Of a stretch of 64,000 nucleotides of DNA, positions 11,101 to 19,241 are shown piece after piece. Numbering within the stretch: the stretch's first letter is position 1; every line of letters starts with the position of its first letter. Under the pieces are notes generated by a model that ran no database searches, was not told the origin of the DNA, and worked only from the letters and a program-made list of their open reading frames with translations. The position numbers and the translations under genes were made by a program. This DNA comes from Planctomycetota bacterium (lineage in GTDB: Bacteria; Planctomycetota; UBA8108; SXIK01), in the NCBI GenBank assembly GCA_965223265.1, contig OZ244999.1, forward strand, positions 4,928,001-4,992,000, read 5' to 3'.

Positions 11101-11445
11101 GGGATGGAACGTCAGTCGACGCGGCTCGCCGCCGTCAATCGGCATGACGAAAACGTCGCGGTTGCCGTGGTAGTCCCCTGAAAAAGCGATCAGCTTGCCC
11201 GCCGGGTGAATCTTCGTGAACAGCTCACTGCCGTTGTGCGTCGTGAGACGAAGCGCGAGTCCACCTGAAGCCGCGACGCGCCAGAGATCACCCTCCGCCG
11301 CAAAGACGACGGTGTCGTCGTGGATCGCTGGAAAACGGTAGTACCCCTGCACCGCGGAAATAAGCGGCGAGTTTGCTGCGAGCAGCAACACAAGGGCGCA
11401 CCAAAACCGGGTTTTTCGACACAACTTTCGCACGGCTGTGGCCAT
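8149..11445 (-). CDS. Tricorn protease homolog (S41 family; PD40 propellers, PDZ domain)
   Basis: YYRFPAIH..TVVF.AEGDLW, RRLTFHP, WRLQRDFYW, ELGTSHTY, IGYLHLPDM, DVRYNGGG, catalytic AGSDGD, G.RSWGG; signal peptide. Confidence 0.92.
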   Translation of the reverse strand: MATAVRKLCRKTRFWCALVLLLAANSPLISAVQGYYRFPAIHDDTVVFAAEGDLWRVAASGGLALRLTTHNGSELFTKIHPAGKLIAFSGDYHGNRDVFVMPIDGGEPRRLTFHPARDEVVAWSADGESVVFRSSRASNARELRLFRVAAAGGHPEPIDIGPAALVSFAADGRRLAFNRFSREFRNWKRYYGGRAQDVWVGDLESGTFSRLTDWKGTDRFPMWHGERIYFASDRSGTMNLYRMGVDGGGVEAVTHHTDYDVRWPDLNGDRIVYMLGGDLWITSTRGGEAKRIPIEIPSDRVRQHARFEDASKTVEGYVLDTGGKNLAICSRGEIWTVRTNKGRRRQLMRSSGVREREPVFSADGKRIAYVTDQSGEQEIAVLDLAAGSEPTLITDGGRGWVFGPAWAPDGKSIAYADYTFSLFVVDVQTKESKLVDRSAAWEIREYVFSPDSAWLAYVKPEANELDTIHIYSMSEQHSFPVTTNFTRETSPAWDPKGRYLYFLSSRSFNPLHGELDYQFIVTRTEKPCAVILQANGKSPFLPDELLEDGASDADTAPDPVNDAAKRGAKTETVVAPVEIDIQGITSRVVEFPVAADAYGALRATADKVFYLRQPMRGRRGLFEKDAKNRLMAYDLKAKEESVRAERVSDYTLSGDGKRIAYRVDKKILVEGVDSKGERDADALDPSELSLRVEPSAEWRQIFVEAWRLQRDFYWAENLANVDWVDIRKKYEVLLPRIGSRDELNDLIGQMFAELGTSHTYITGGDLEQARRVGVGLLGAELEVDEASGLHRFARILRPEVWETDVRSPLTMSHARVQEGEYLFAVDGRDLPASANVYDALANRAEQEVVLTVGLSADRGDARNIQINTLADERNLRLRDWVRRNREYVERASGGRIGYLHLPDMSGRGLTEFAKAFYPQVAKPGLIIDVRYNGGGNVSQLVIDRLRRTLWAYMTPRRGVDYTYPFRVHIGHKVVLTNQNAGSDGDIFPESFQVLGLGPVIGMRSWGGVVGIRRDKAFIDGGMSSQPEFAWWHPKKGWGLENRGVEPDIELDILPEDWRARRDPQLDRAIAELEARIAAEPVNHHEKPPLPDKSKPKRG

Positions 11446-11656
11446 GGGATCGGCGCTCCGAACTGCCTTCGCTCGCAAGAGATGTGAATCACTTCTGACA
11501 CCAATCTACACGCTTTGAAGTGGCGCTGCGACGGTTCTACGAAAATGGGTCTGCGGTGCTGGTGGCTCGTTCGCGCAGTGACTTGTGAGGCCCAACGCCT
11601 CGCGGTTCTCCCGAATCACCTCTAAATCACTTCCCGCCACCAAAAAGGAGTCACCC

Positions 11657-14600
11657 ATGCAGCCCAAACAATCCCCTCACCAACCAGGCACACCTCTTTC
11701 GCAAAGCACTTGTGTCTCACGCTCTCTCTACGTTCTCGTCTGCGCCTGCGGTCTCGCCGCCGCCCAGCTTGCTGTCGGCGCCGAGCGGGTTGACTACTAT
11801 GTTCCCAACAGCGTCAGGATCGACGTCGAGGCGAGTGGCGGCGGCAGCGCTGCCTGGCAGCTCGTCAGCGAACGAGACACTGACGGCCGATGGATCGTTG
11901 ACGACGCCTTCTGGCGCCCTGCGAGCTATACCGAGACGAACGTGCCTCCCGGGTGCTACGGCGTCGTCTTTCGCGCCGCACCCGGTTGGAGCCCACCTGC
12001 GGAAATGAGGCTCGAGCTCACGGGCGGTGAAGAATTCTCGCGCACCGTGTCGCTCGCCAAAGTGCCAGAATACGTCGTCGGAGAAATCCCGCCACTTTCA
12101 GTCCGGCACGGTGAGACGCTCCGGTTCGCGATCGAGTCGTTCGACGCCAACCTCGAGTTTGAGCCGCACCCGGACGTCGAGCGCGACATCACGTTCGACG
12201 GTCGCGTCTTCGCGTACACACCGAGCCCTGCTGAACGCGTCGCGTTCACGGTAACGCTGACGCTCAGCTCCGGAGTCGAACAGACGATCGCCGTGGCGCC
12301 CACCGCCGAAACGCAGCCAGAGCAGACCATCTTGCAGTACCGCGGCGACCTTGTCGATGCAGAAGCGAAAACCTATCTCAAGGTGATCGAGGAAGACCTC
12401 GGCGAGGAAAACTTCAACTACCGAACAAGGAACGTTCGCAGAGTCGTGATCTCCGGACCGACTGTGGTGTTCGAAGCCGGTCACGAAAACGACCTCTACA
12501 CTCTCTACGCCGATGGCGTCGACGACATCAAGGAGATGGAAATCTACGCCGACACCGTCGTCTTCCGCAGTCCCACCCGTCTCCAAGGGACGACGGTATC
12601 GATCTTCGCCAGGCAGCTGCGCTTCGAGGATCTCGGAGAGGAACCGGCCTCCCTTAGCACCGTCCCTGCGGAGATCTCCACGACCTCGAACTCTGACGGC
12701 GCGCATGGCCTTCCCGCCGGCGACGTCACCCTCAACGTCGCCAGCATGGTCGCACCAGGTTCGGATCCGCGGTTGATCCTGCGCGGCGGTGAGGGTCAAG
12801 ACCCACATCCGGGCGCCGACGGCGGCAGCTGGCCGTCGCTCTCGTGGTACAGCGAGCCGGACGGTCATTCTAACGGTTGGCCCACGAGCGGTGTGGTCAC
12901 GTATGTCAAGCAGAAGTCAACCTGTGGTCCGCTGGACTCGAGGACAGACGACTGGGGCACAACTGCTTGCCCGAAGAACGGCAAGAATGCCGTCGCGGCG
13001 AAGGTGCCCGGCGATGGTGGAGCAGCGGGGAGATTGAGTGTGCCTTTCGGCGTCGATTCGAGCATCGTCGACATCCGCGGGGGCAATCCGGGGAAGGACG
13101 GCCCTGACCGCTTCGGCGGCCGTGCGCAGGGACCGAGCAAGGTCCACCACGTCTACCGAGTGTGCGCCCTGAAGTACGAGTTTCCCATCTCATGCCGCGG
13201 GATTTCCTCGTGTGACAACTGGAGCATTACGAAGACCTGCCCGACGCCCAAAGACGGCGTCGACCAGCCCGGCACCTTTGGCTCGCCAGGCGTCGACGGA
13301 ATCGTGGAAGGTACAACCGCGATCGATGGCTGGCTGCAACCGGTGACGATTCGGACGCTCCTGCAATACGCCAAAGATGTGTACCTCAACGGGCACGTCG
13401 ATGCCGTCGCGACGATCTTGGCGCCTTACGACACAGCCCTCGCCAAAGTCGCAACGGACGGGGAGAGTTCTATGGAGCTCGTGCAGCTGGCGCAGGAAGT
13501 GAACACGCTACGGCATCGCGCCGCTGGGCACCTTGACTACTTCGGCAACCCCGCTGGTTGGGTGCCGATGCTGTCGTTCGAAGTCACGCGCGATCTGTTC
13601 GAGGACGAGGTCCAAGCTGCTGGCAACCTTCTCTACCTGACGTACTACCTGGGTGGCGAGATCGAAGGTGTCACCAACAAGCAGGCCGCGTTGAGTCGGC
13701 TGCGCGCCGAGCTTTGGGAAGAGATCGCCGCGTTCGAGTCCGAACTCGAGGAGCGTCGCTATGAGATCGAGGACTTGGCCGACGAAGCGGAAGCCATCGA
13801 CTCGGAAATCCGCGATCTCGGTCGCGACCTCAAGGCCCGTGCCGAGAATCTGCGCGAACAGGCAAAGCGAAACGCTGCGCTCAAGAAGTCGCTACGAGTC
13901 ACCGGGACGGTGTTGACGTCAATGCCAATCGGTCAACCGGCGCTCGGTCTTACGGGTATCGGCCTAACGTCCGCGTCGAAGTTCAATGAGGAAGACCCGA
14001 TCGACAGCGCCATCAATGGCACCAACGCAGCACATGAATTCCTCATGGCACAGATGCACCAGGACATGGAAGACTTCCAGACGGTGAGTGGTGCCGGTGA
14101 TCCGCGGCTCGGAGCGGCGATGCTGGCGCGGCAGAAGTCGATCCAGAGCCTCGACGCTGGTGTCGTCGGGGTCAACCAAGTCCTCCGGGAGGCGAAAAGC
14201 TGGGACAGCGACGTCGACGCCGAGGTGAGTCTGCTCATGTCAGAAGACCCACGTTCGAAGCAGCTCGTCGGAGCAATTCGAGAGCTCAACGTCCGCAAAC
14301 AGCGCTTCGTTGAAAGAATGGCCGCCGCAGTGCAGCGAGCGAAGTTTCTCATGACCAGCATCAATCAAGACTACCTTGCGCTCGACAGCCTGCAAAGAGA
14401 CCTGGTCGCTGTCACCGAAAAGATCGACCAAGAAGCATTCAGCTACATCAAAGAGATCGAACGCCGCGCCAAAGACCGCTTGCTCAAGTACCAGTACTAC
14501 CTCGCCAAGGCGTTCGAGTACCGCACGGTGCGACCATATGTCGGCAGCTTCCAGCTGGGCCGTATCTACGATTTCTTCGCTGACAACTTCACCAACACGA

Positions 14601-15853
14601 TCTCCGAGGTTCCGGGGGAGGCGATTCTCGATCCCGCGTCACTGATCGCGGTCTACGACGAGGAACTACGTACGATCACCGATGCGATCGTCGACGACCT
14701 TGCGCAGCGCCCACAAGAGCAGACGCTCCCGATCTTCTACACGCTCAGTCAAGAAGAGCTCGCACAGCTCAACACGCCGCCCTACTCGGTCAACCTCAAC
14801 CTGGTCGAGGTCGGCGCCGTCTTCAGTCGCACGCAGGAGAATCTGCGCATCTCCGAGCTCAAGGTTGAATCAGTGGCGGCGGCACCGCGCAGTGGAGCGA
14901 ACCGTGCGAACCTATCGATACTCCTTCAACACTCCGGTGTGTCGTTGATCTCGTCGGAGGGCGATACGTACAAATTCCACCACTACAACACCCTCGAGAC
15001 GCCGCCGATCACGTGGGAAGCGCAGTTCTCACCGTTTACGGGAGACCTGACGAACACCGAACCGAGCGAGGCGAGCCGCTCCCTTCTCAAGTCGCTCATC
15101 GGCGACACCGACGATCTCCTCCTCTACTCGCGGCCATCGGCCTGGGCGGACCTTCTCGTCACGAAGGAGACGCTTTCCGACTCCGTCGACATGGTGGTCA
15201 ACGAACTGACGCTGCGGGTCAGCGTTGACTTCGCTCGCAAGTCGAGCGGCCAATCAGACCTGGAGGTGAAGCCGGTGAACGCGGCAGGAGAAACGCTCGC
15301 GGCACGCGTGGCGCTCGGAGCCGCCGACCAGAACCGGCGACAGGATGGACGCGGGATCTTCACACGCGTCTTTCGCGCCGGTGAACGCGTCGAGCTCGAA
15401 GCATCCGCGTCCTACGGTTCGCAGGTGTTCGATCGCTGGGAATCACGCAGCGGAGAGCTTCTCGGCACCGAGCCGCGTCTCTCCGTGACGCTCCCGACGT
15501 CCCCGAACGGATCGGCGACGACTGCTAAGGTGCGGGCTGTCTACGCTCCCGGCGAGCTCGTCCCAGGCGGCGGCGACACGCCCTTCCGACGCGGCGACGC
15601 GAACACGGACGGTGGAGTCGACATGAGCGACGCGATCGCGATCCTCAACCGGCTCTTTGTCGGCGGTTCCGAACTGCCGTGCGAAGACGCCAGTGACACC
15701 AACGACGACGGTCGGGTCGATATCTCCGACCCCATGAACCTTCTTCTCCACCTCTTCGTCAGCGGTTCAGCGCCGCCAGCGCCACACGACGCCTGCGGCG
15801 AAGACCCAACCGACGACGGTCTCGATTGCGACGCGTTTGCTCCGTGCAGCTAA
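11657..15853 (+). CDS. Large secreted protein: Gly/Cys-rich N-terminal half, long coiled coils around a hydrophobic hairpin (possible TcA-like pore-forming module), C-terminal dockerin-like domain
   Basis: AAGGAG RBS before ATG 11657; hydrophobic leader; LDYFGNPAGWVPMLSFE; heptad region; SLRVTGTVLTSMPIGQPALGLTGIGL; LLKYQYYLAKAFEY; RGDANTDGGVDMSD...DTNDDGRVDISD. CDS certain, function inferred. Confidence 0.6.
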   Translation: MQPKQSPHQPGTPLSQSTCVSRSLYVLVCACGLAAAQLAVGAERVDYYVPNSVRIDVEASGGGSAAWQLVSERDTDGRWIVDDAFWRPASYTETNVPPGCYGVVFRAAPGWSPPAEMRLELTGGEEFSRTVSLAKVPEYVVGEIPPLSVRHGETLRFAIESFDANLEFEPHPDVERDITFDGRVFAYTPSPAERVAFTVTLTLSSGVEQTIAVAPTAETQPEQTILQYRGDLVDAEAKTYLKVIEEDLGEENFNYRTRNVRRVVISGPTVVFEAGHENDLYTLYADGVDDIKEMEIYADTVVFRSPTRLQGTTVSIFARQLRFEDLGEEPASLSTVPAEISTTSNSDGAHGLPAGDVTLNVASMVAPGSDPRLILRGGEGQDPHPGADGGSWPSLSWYSEPDGHSNGWPTSGVVTYVKQKSTCGPLDSRTDDWGTTACPKNGKNAVAAKVPGDGGAAGRLSVPFGVDSSIVDIRGGNPGKDGPDRFGGRAQGPSKVHHVYRVCALKYEFPISCRGISSCDNWSITKTCPTPKDGVDQPGTFGSPGVDGIVEGTTAIDGWLQPVTIRTLLQYAKDVYLNGHVDAVATILAPYDTALAKVATDGESSMELVQLAQEVNTLRHRAAGHLDYFGNPAGWVPMLSFEVTRDLFEDEVQAAGNLLYLTYYLGGEIEGVTNKQAALSRLRAELWEEIAAFESELEERRYEIEDLADEAEAIDSEIRDLGRDLKARAENLREQAKRNAALKKSLRVTGTVLTSMPIGQPALGLTGIGLTSASKFNEEDPIDSAINGTNAAHEFLMAQMHQDMEDFQTVSGAGDPRLGAAMLARQKSIQSLDAGVVGVNQVLREAKSWDSDVDAEVSLLMSEDPRSKQLVGAIRELNVRKQRFVERMAAAVQRAKFLMTSINQDYLALDSLQRDLVAVTEKIDQEAFSYIKEIERRAKDRLLKYQYYLAKAFEYRTVRPYVGSFQLGRIYDFFADNFTNTISEVPGEAILDPASLIAVYDEELRTITDAIVDDLAQRPQEQTLPIFYTLSQEELAQLNTPPYSVNLNLVEVGAVFSRTQENLRISELKVESVAAAPRSGANRANLSILLQHSGVSLISSEGDTYKFHHYNTLETPPITWEAQFSPFTGDLTNTEPSEASRSLLKSLIGDTDDLLLYSRPSAWADLLVTKETLSDSVDMVVNELTLRVSVDFARKSSGQSDLEVKPVNAAGETLAARVALGAADQNRRQDGRGIFTRVFRAGERVELEASASYGSQVFDRWESRSGELLGTEPRLSVTLPTSPNGSATTAKVRAVYAPGELVPGGGDTPFRRGDANTDGGVDMSDAIAILNRLFVGGSELPCEDASDTNDDGRVDISDPMNLLLHLFVSGSAPPAPHDACGEDPTDDGLDCDAFAPCS

Positions 15854-15983
15854 CGTCCAAAGCCCAGCCCTTGAACCTGGAACAGCTCGACCCCGACGAC
15901 GTTGGGGTCGAGCTTATTTCGTTTCACGCCGGCGCTCAGCCCGACGCATTCGGGAGCGAAGCGCAACAGCGAAGACCCGACAT

Positions 15984-17504
15984 TCAACCCGACGAGCCCG
16001 TCTCGCTGCGCTCAGGCAACGGGTGTTTCCCCGCTTCCTCGCGAAGCGAGTCGACGCTTGCAGTCGCTCTGAGGTATTCACACAAGATCCCGACGTTGTC
16101 GACGAACGCTTTGGTGAACACGATCGGTTGACGTTCGCCTCCGCGCTTGAAACGCCCGAGCCGCACCCAGCGCCCGCGGTCGTCCAGAGTGTCGATTGTA
16201 CGCCGCACCTGTCGCTCGAAACGACGCCAGGCCTGCCCATCGAGACGTTCATCACGGCGCGGCAAAGCATGAGGTCCACGTGCTCTCAGCGCGGCATACT
16301 GCGCTTCGATTCCATCAAGCCGACTCGTCACCTTGAAGTCGTAATGCTCGGGCATATCGCCGTCGTCATACGTCAGCTCATAGTCATGCGTGAAGTAGAG
16401 CGGCCGATTCGTCCGCAGCTCGTTGAAACGAGGAATGCGGCCACTCGGGAGCTCACAGCGACGCAAATACGCCAGAGCTCTCGGCAGCGGTTCGAGAAAA
16501 CGCTCTTCGCCTGTCCGCCGGTAGAGGAGCAGGAGAGTCTCGAGAACCGTTTGAGATTCGCGCCCCGAGATGGCAGGCGGTTCAAAGCGGCGCGCCCACG
16601 CCGGATGCATTGCCGCGTCGTACTGCTGCGCCCACGCGGGCTGCGGTTCGGGCATTTGTGCGAGAAGGATGAAGTCACCCGCCTTCTCTGCGGTGCTCGC
16701 GTACTCAGCTCGATCATACACCTGCGCGGCTTCGAGAAAGAGAGTGATCGTCGCTGGAATGGCTCGATCATTGAACGTGTAGTGCGACCAGTAGGAAGCT
16801 CCTTGATAGGTCCGCGACCAAACCTCTGGGTACGATGCTCTGAGGACGGCAGATCGAGGCGACGGTGCGGTACCGTCGTAGCGCTGCGGCCAGGCGCCGT
16901 TCGGAAACTGCGCCTTGGTCAACTGTGCGAGACCATACTCGACCGCCTCATGAATCGCCTCGTCCTGAAATCCGAGAAGCTGATCGATCCGCATGAGGAA
17001 CTGAAACGCCCGTTGAGTCGTTCGGTCGTCGAGAACCGTCGTGTTTGCGCCTCCAGGCGTGGAGTTGACGCGATAGTTGTGAAGAGGTCGACGCCGCGGA
17101 TCAAGCTCGATGCGGTAGTGCCAGCCACCCGACCGCAGCTGCCCACGGATGAGGACCTGCGCGGTTTCGCGCGACGCTTCAAGGTAGCGAGGGTCGCGAA
17201 CGACCTCGTACGCCTCAAGGTAAGCAAATCCGACGCTGGGAGTCGCTGGCGGCTGCACTGTCACCTCGGTGGGCCCTCCCTTGCCCTCCCCTTGACGCAC
17301 TGACAAATCCGCTGCGTACTTGTAGACGTAGCCGCCCTCGTCGGCAACTTCGCTGCGGAAGAAGTCAATGGCACGCCTGAGCGCGTCGAGAGCGTCTCGG
17401 CGCAGCTCAAGGTCGCGGGCGTGCAAACACGGCATGCAGACCAGCCAAATAGTTCCAAACGCACAGCCAACGGCCAGGGAAACCGCACTTCTCTGTTCTT
17501 TCAC
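15984..17504 (-). CDS. Pectate lyase-like protein (PL10/PelA-type)
   Basis: TTVLDDRTTQ, AQFPNGAWPQRY, HYTFND, WAQQYD...PAWARRFEPPAISGRES; signal peptide. Confidence 0.8.
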   Translation of the reverse strand: MKEQRSAVSLAVGCAFGTIWLVCMPCLHARDLELRRDALDALRRAIDFFRSEVADEGGYVYKYAADLSVRQGEGKGGPTEVTVQPPATPSVGFAYLEAYEVVRDPRYLEASRETAQVLIRGQLRSGGWHYRIELDPRRRPLHNYRVNSTPGGANTTVLDDRTTQRAFQFLMRIDQLLGFQDEAIHEAVEYGLAQLTKAQFPNGAWPQRYDGTAPSPRSAVLRASYPEVWSRTYQGASYWSHYTFNDRAIPATITLFLEAAQVYDRAEYASTAEKAGDFILLAQMPEPQPAWAQQYDAAMHPAWARRFEPPAISGRESQTVLETLLLLYRRTGEERFLEPLPRALAYLRRCELPSGRIPRFNELRTNRPLYFTHDYELTYDDGDMPEHYDFKVTSRLDGIEAQYAALRARGPHALPRRDERLDGQAWRRFERQVRRTIDTLDDRGRWVRLGRFKRGGERQPIVFTKAFVDNVGILCEYLRATASVDSLREEAGKHPLPERSETGSSG

Positions 17505-17838
17505 GTCGAGATAGAACCTCTGCTTGTCCGGAACTTGCTGGCGCCCGGGTGGGGCTGGTTCTAACAGCCCGCGTCGTCAGCAGCAGCGTCGGCGCGCCGA
17601 GACAAGCGCGGCGACGCGGCGGCGCGGATCGAATCCGTGCATCGCGAAGCTCAAGATTGTATGGGAATTCGTCGGCGACAGCGAGGAATCGCACCGTTGT
17701 CCCGCTTCTTCCACCCTGGTTTACGACTTCGCGACGGACGACCGCACCACGACCAGTACTTTACGGATCTCGCAGCGTGACGTTACACTGGCGGGAGTTC
17801 TACGATCGACTTCAAGGACCTCCCACGGAGACGCCGCC

Positions 17839-19149
17839 ATGGCCCAGTCACGTTCCCTGAACCGCCGCCAGTTTCTCGGTCACGCCGCAGCAATCGCCGC
17901 CGCGCCGTACGTCATTCCGCGCCGCGTCTCCGCTCGCCCCAGTGCAAGCGAACGCCTCACCGTAGGTCTCATTGGCGCCGGCAAGCGCGGCGGAACGTTG
18001 CTGCGAAAGACGCTCAAGTTTGACGACGTTCAAGTCGTCGCGGTCGCCGAATGCGAGAGTCAACGGCGCGAGCACCGCGCAAACATGGCGGATGAGGTCT
18101 ACGCCGCACAGACCGAAAGCGGCAAGTTCAAGGGCTGCGCGCAGTACAACGACTTTCGCGAACTTCTCGAGCGCAAGGATATCGACGCAGTCATCATCGC
18201 GACGCCCGATCACTGGCACGCAATCCCTGTCGTCGAAGCCGCCAAGCGTGGCAAAGACATCTACTGCGAGAAGCCGCTGACGCTAACGATCCATGAAGCA
18301 AAGATGATGATCGACGCCGCGGCGAAGTACGGGGTCATCCTGCAGACTGGCAGTCAGCAACGCTCTGAATGCGGCGGACGGTTTCATCGCGCCTGCGAGC
18401 TCGTCAGGAACGGGCGCATTGGCAAGGTTAAGGAAGTCTACGTCAACGTCGGAGGTCCCTCCCGCCCTTGCGATCTTCCCGAGATGCCCACGCCCGAAGG
18501 TACGGACTGGGACCTTTGGTTGGGACCGGCACCGAAGCGTGGGTACCACGAACGGTTGTGCCCGCGCGGCGTCCACAATCACTTCCCGGCGTTTCGAGAG
18601 TACAAGGAGTACTCGGGTGGCGCCATGACCGATTGGGGCGCACACCACTTCGACATCGCACAGTGGGGACTGAACCGCGACGCCAGCGGCCCGGTCGAGA
18701 TCATCCCACCCGACGGCAAGGACTACCCACACCTGACGTACAAATACGACGACGGTGTCGTCGTCCACCATACGAGCAAGTGCGGTGATGAGGACGTCAA
18801 CGGCGTTCGCTTCGTCGGTAGCGACGGTTCGATCGAGGTCAACCGCAGCCATCTCAAATCGTGGCCGGACAAGATCCTCACCGAAGAAATCGGGGAAAAC
18901 GAGACACGGCTCTACAAGGTGCACGACCATCTCCGCAACTGGGTCGACTGCATTCGCAGCCGTAAGCAACCCATCTGTAACGCGGAAATCGGTGCACGCT
19001 CGGTGACCGTTTGTCACCTCGGCAATCTCGCCTATTGGAACAAGCGGCCGCTGAAATGGGATCCCATCAAGTGGGAGTTCCCCGGCGATGCCGAGGCGAA
19101 CGGCTGGCGCGATCGTCCGCGGCGCGATCCCTGGAAACTCACATTGTGA
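17839..19149 (+). CDS. Tat-exported Gfo/Idh/MocA family oxidoreductase
   Basis: NRRQFL Tat motif; GLIGAGKRG; IATPDHWH; YCEKP; QTGSQQRS; DWGAHHFD; GGAG RBS before ATG 17839. Confidence 0.92.
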   Translation: MAQSRSLNRRQFLGHAAAIAAAPYVIPRRVSARPSASERLTVGLIGAGKRGGTLLRKTLKFDDVQVVAVAECESQRREHRANMADEVYAAQTESGKFKGCAQYNDFRELLERKDIDAVIIATPDHWHAIPVVEAAKRGKDIYCEKPLTLTIHEAKMMIDAAAKYGVILQTGSQQRSECGGRFHRACELVRNGRIGKVKEVYVNVGGPSRPCDLPEMPTPEGTDWDLWLGPAPKRGYHERLCPRGVHNHFPAFREYKEYSGGAMTDWGAHHFDIAQWGLNRDASGPVEIIPPDGKDYPHLTYKYDDGVVVHHTSKCGDEDVNGVRFVGSDGSIEVNRSHLKSWPDKILTEEIGENETRLYKVHDHLRNWVDCIRSRKQPICNAEIGARSVTVCHLGNLAYWNKRPLKWDPIKWEFPGDAEANGWRDRPRRDPWKLTL

Positions 19150-19241
19150 CGAAGCTTCTCGTCGCGGCGGTGCCCCCGTCGAATACGACCTACAGTCGAA
19201 CCCATTCGGGAAGACCAAGCACGCGAGTGCGAGGTCAGCTC

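Noticed and set aside
15584-17504. Classical cellulosome
   Set aside because: No cohesin scaffoldin seen, the tagged proteins are not glycoside hydrolases, and the pectate lyase has no tag
17552-17571. gggctg-gttctaa-cagcccg as another MITE end
   Set aside because: Only 11 nt match copy 1 and the diagnostic TTGAAAAAG is absent; more likely a small hairpin or chance
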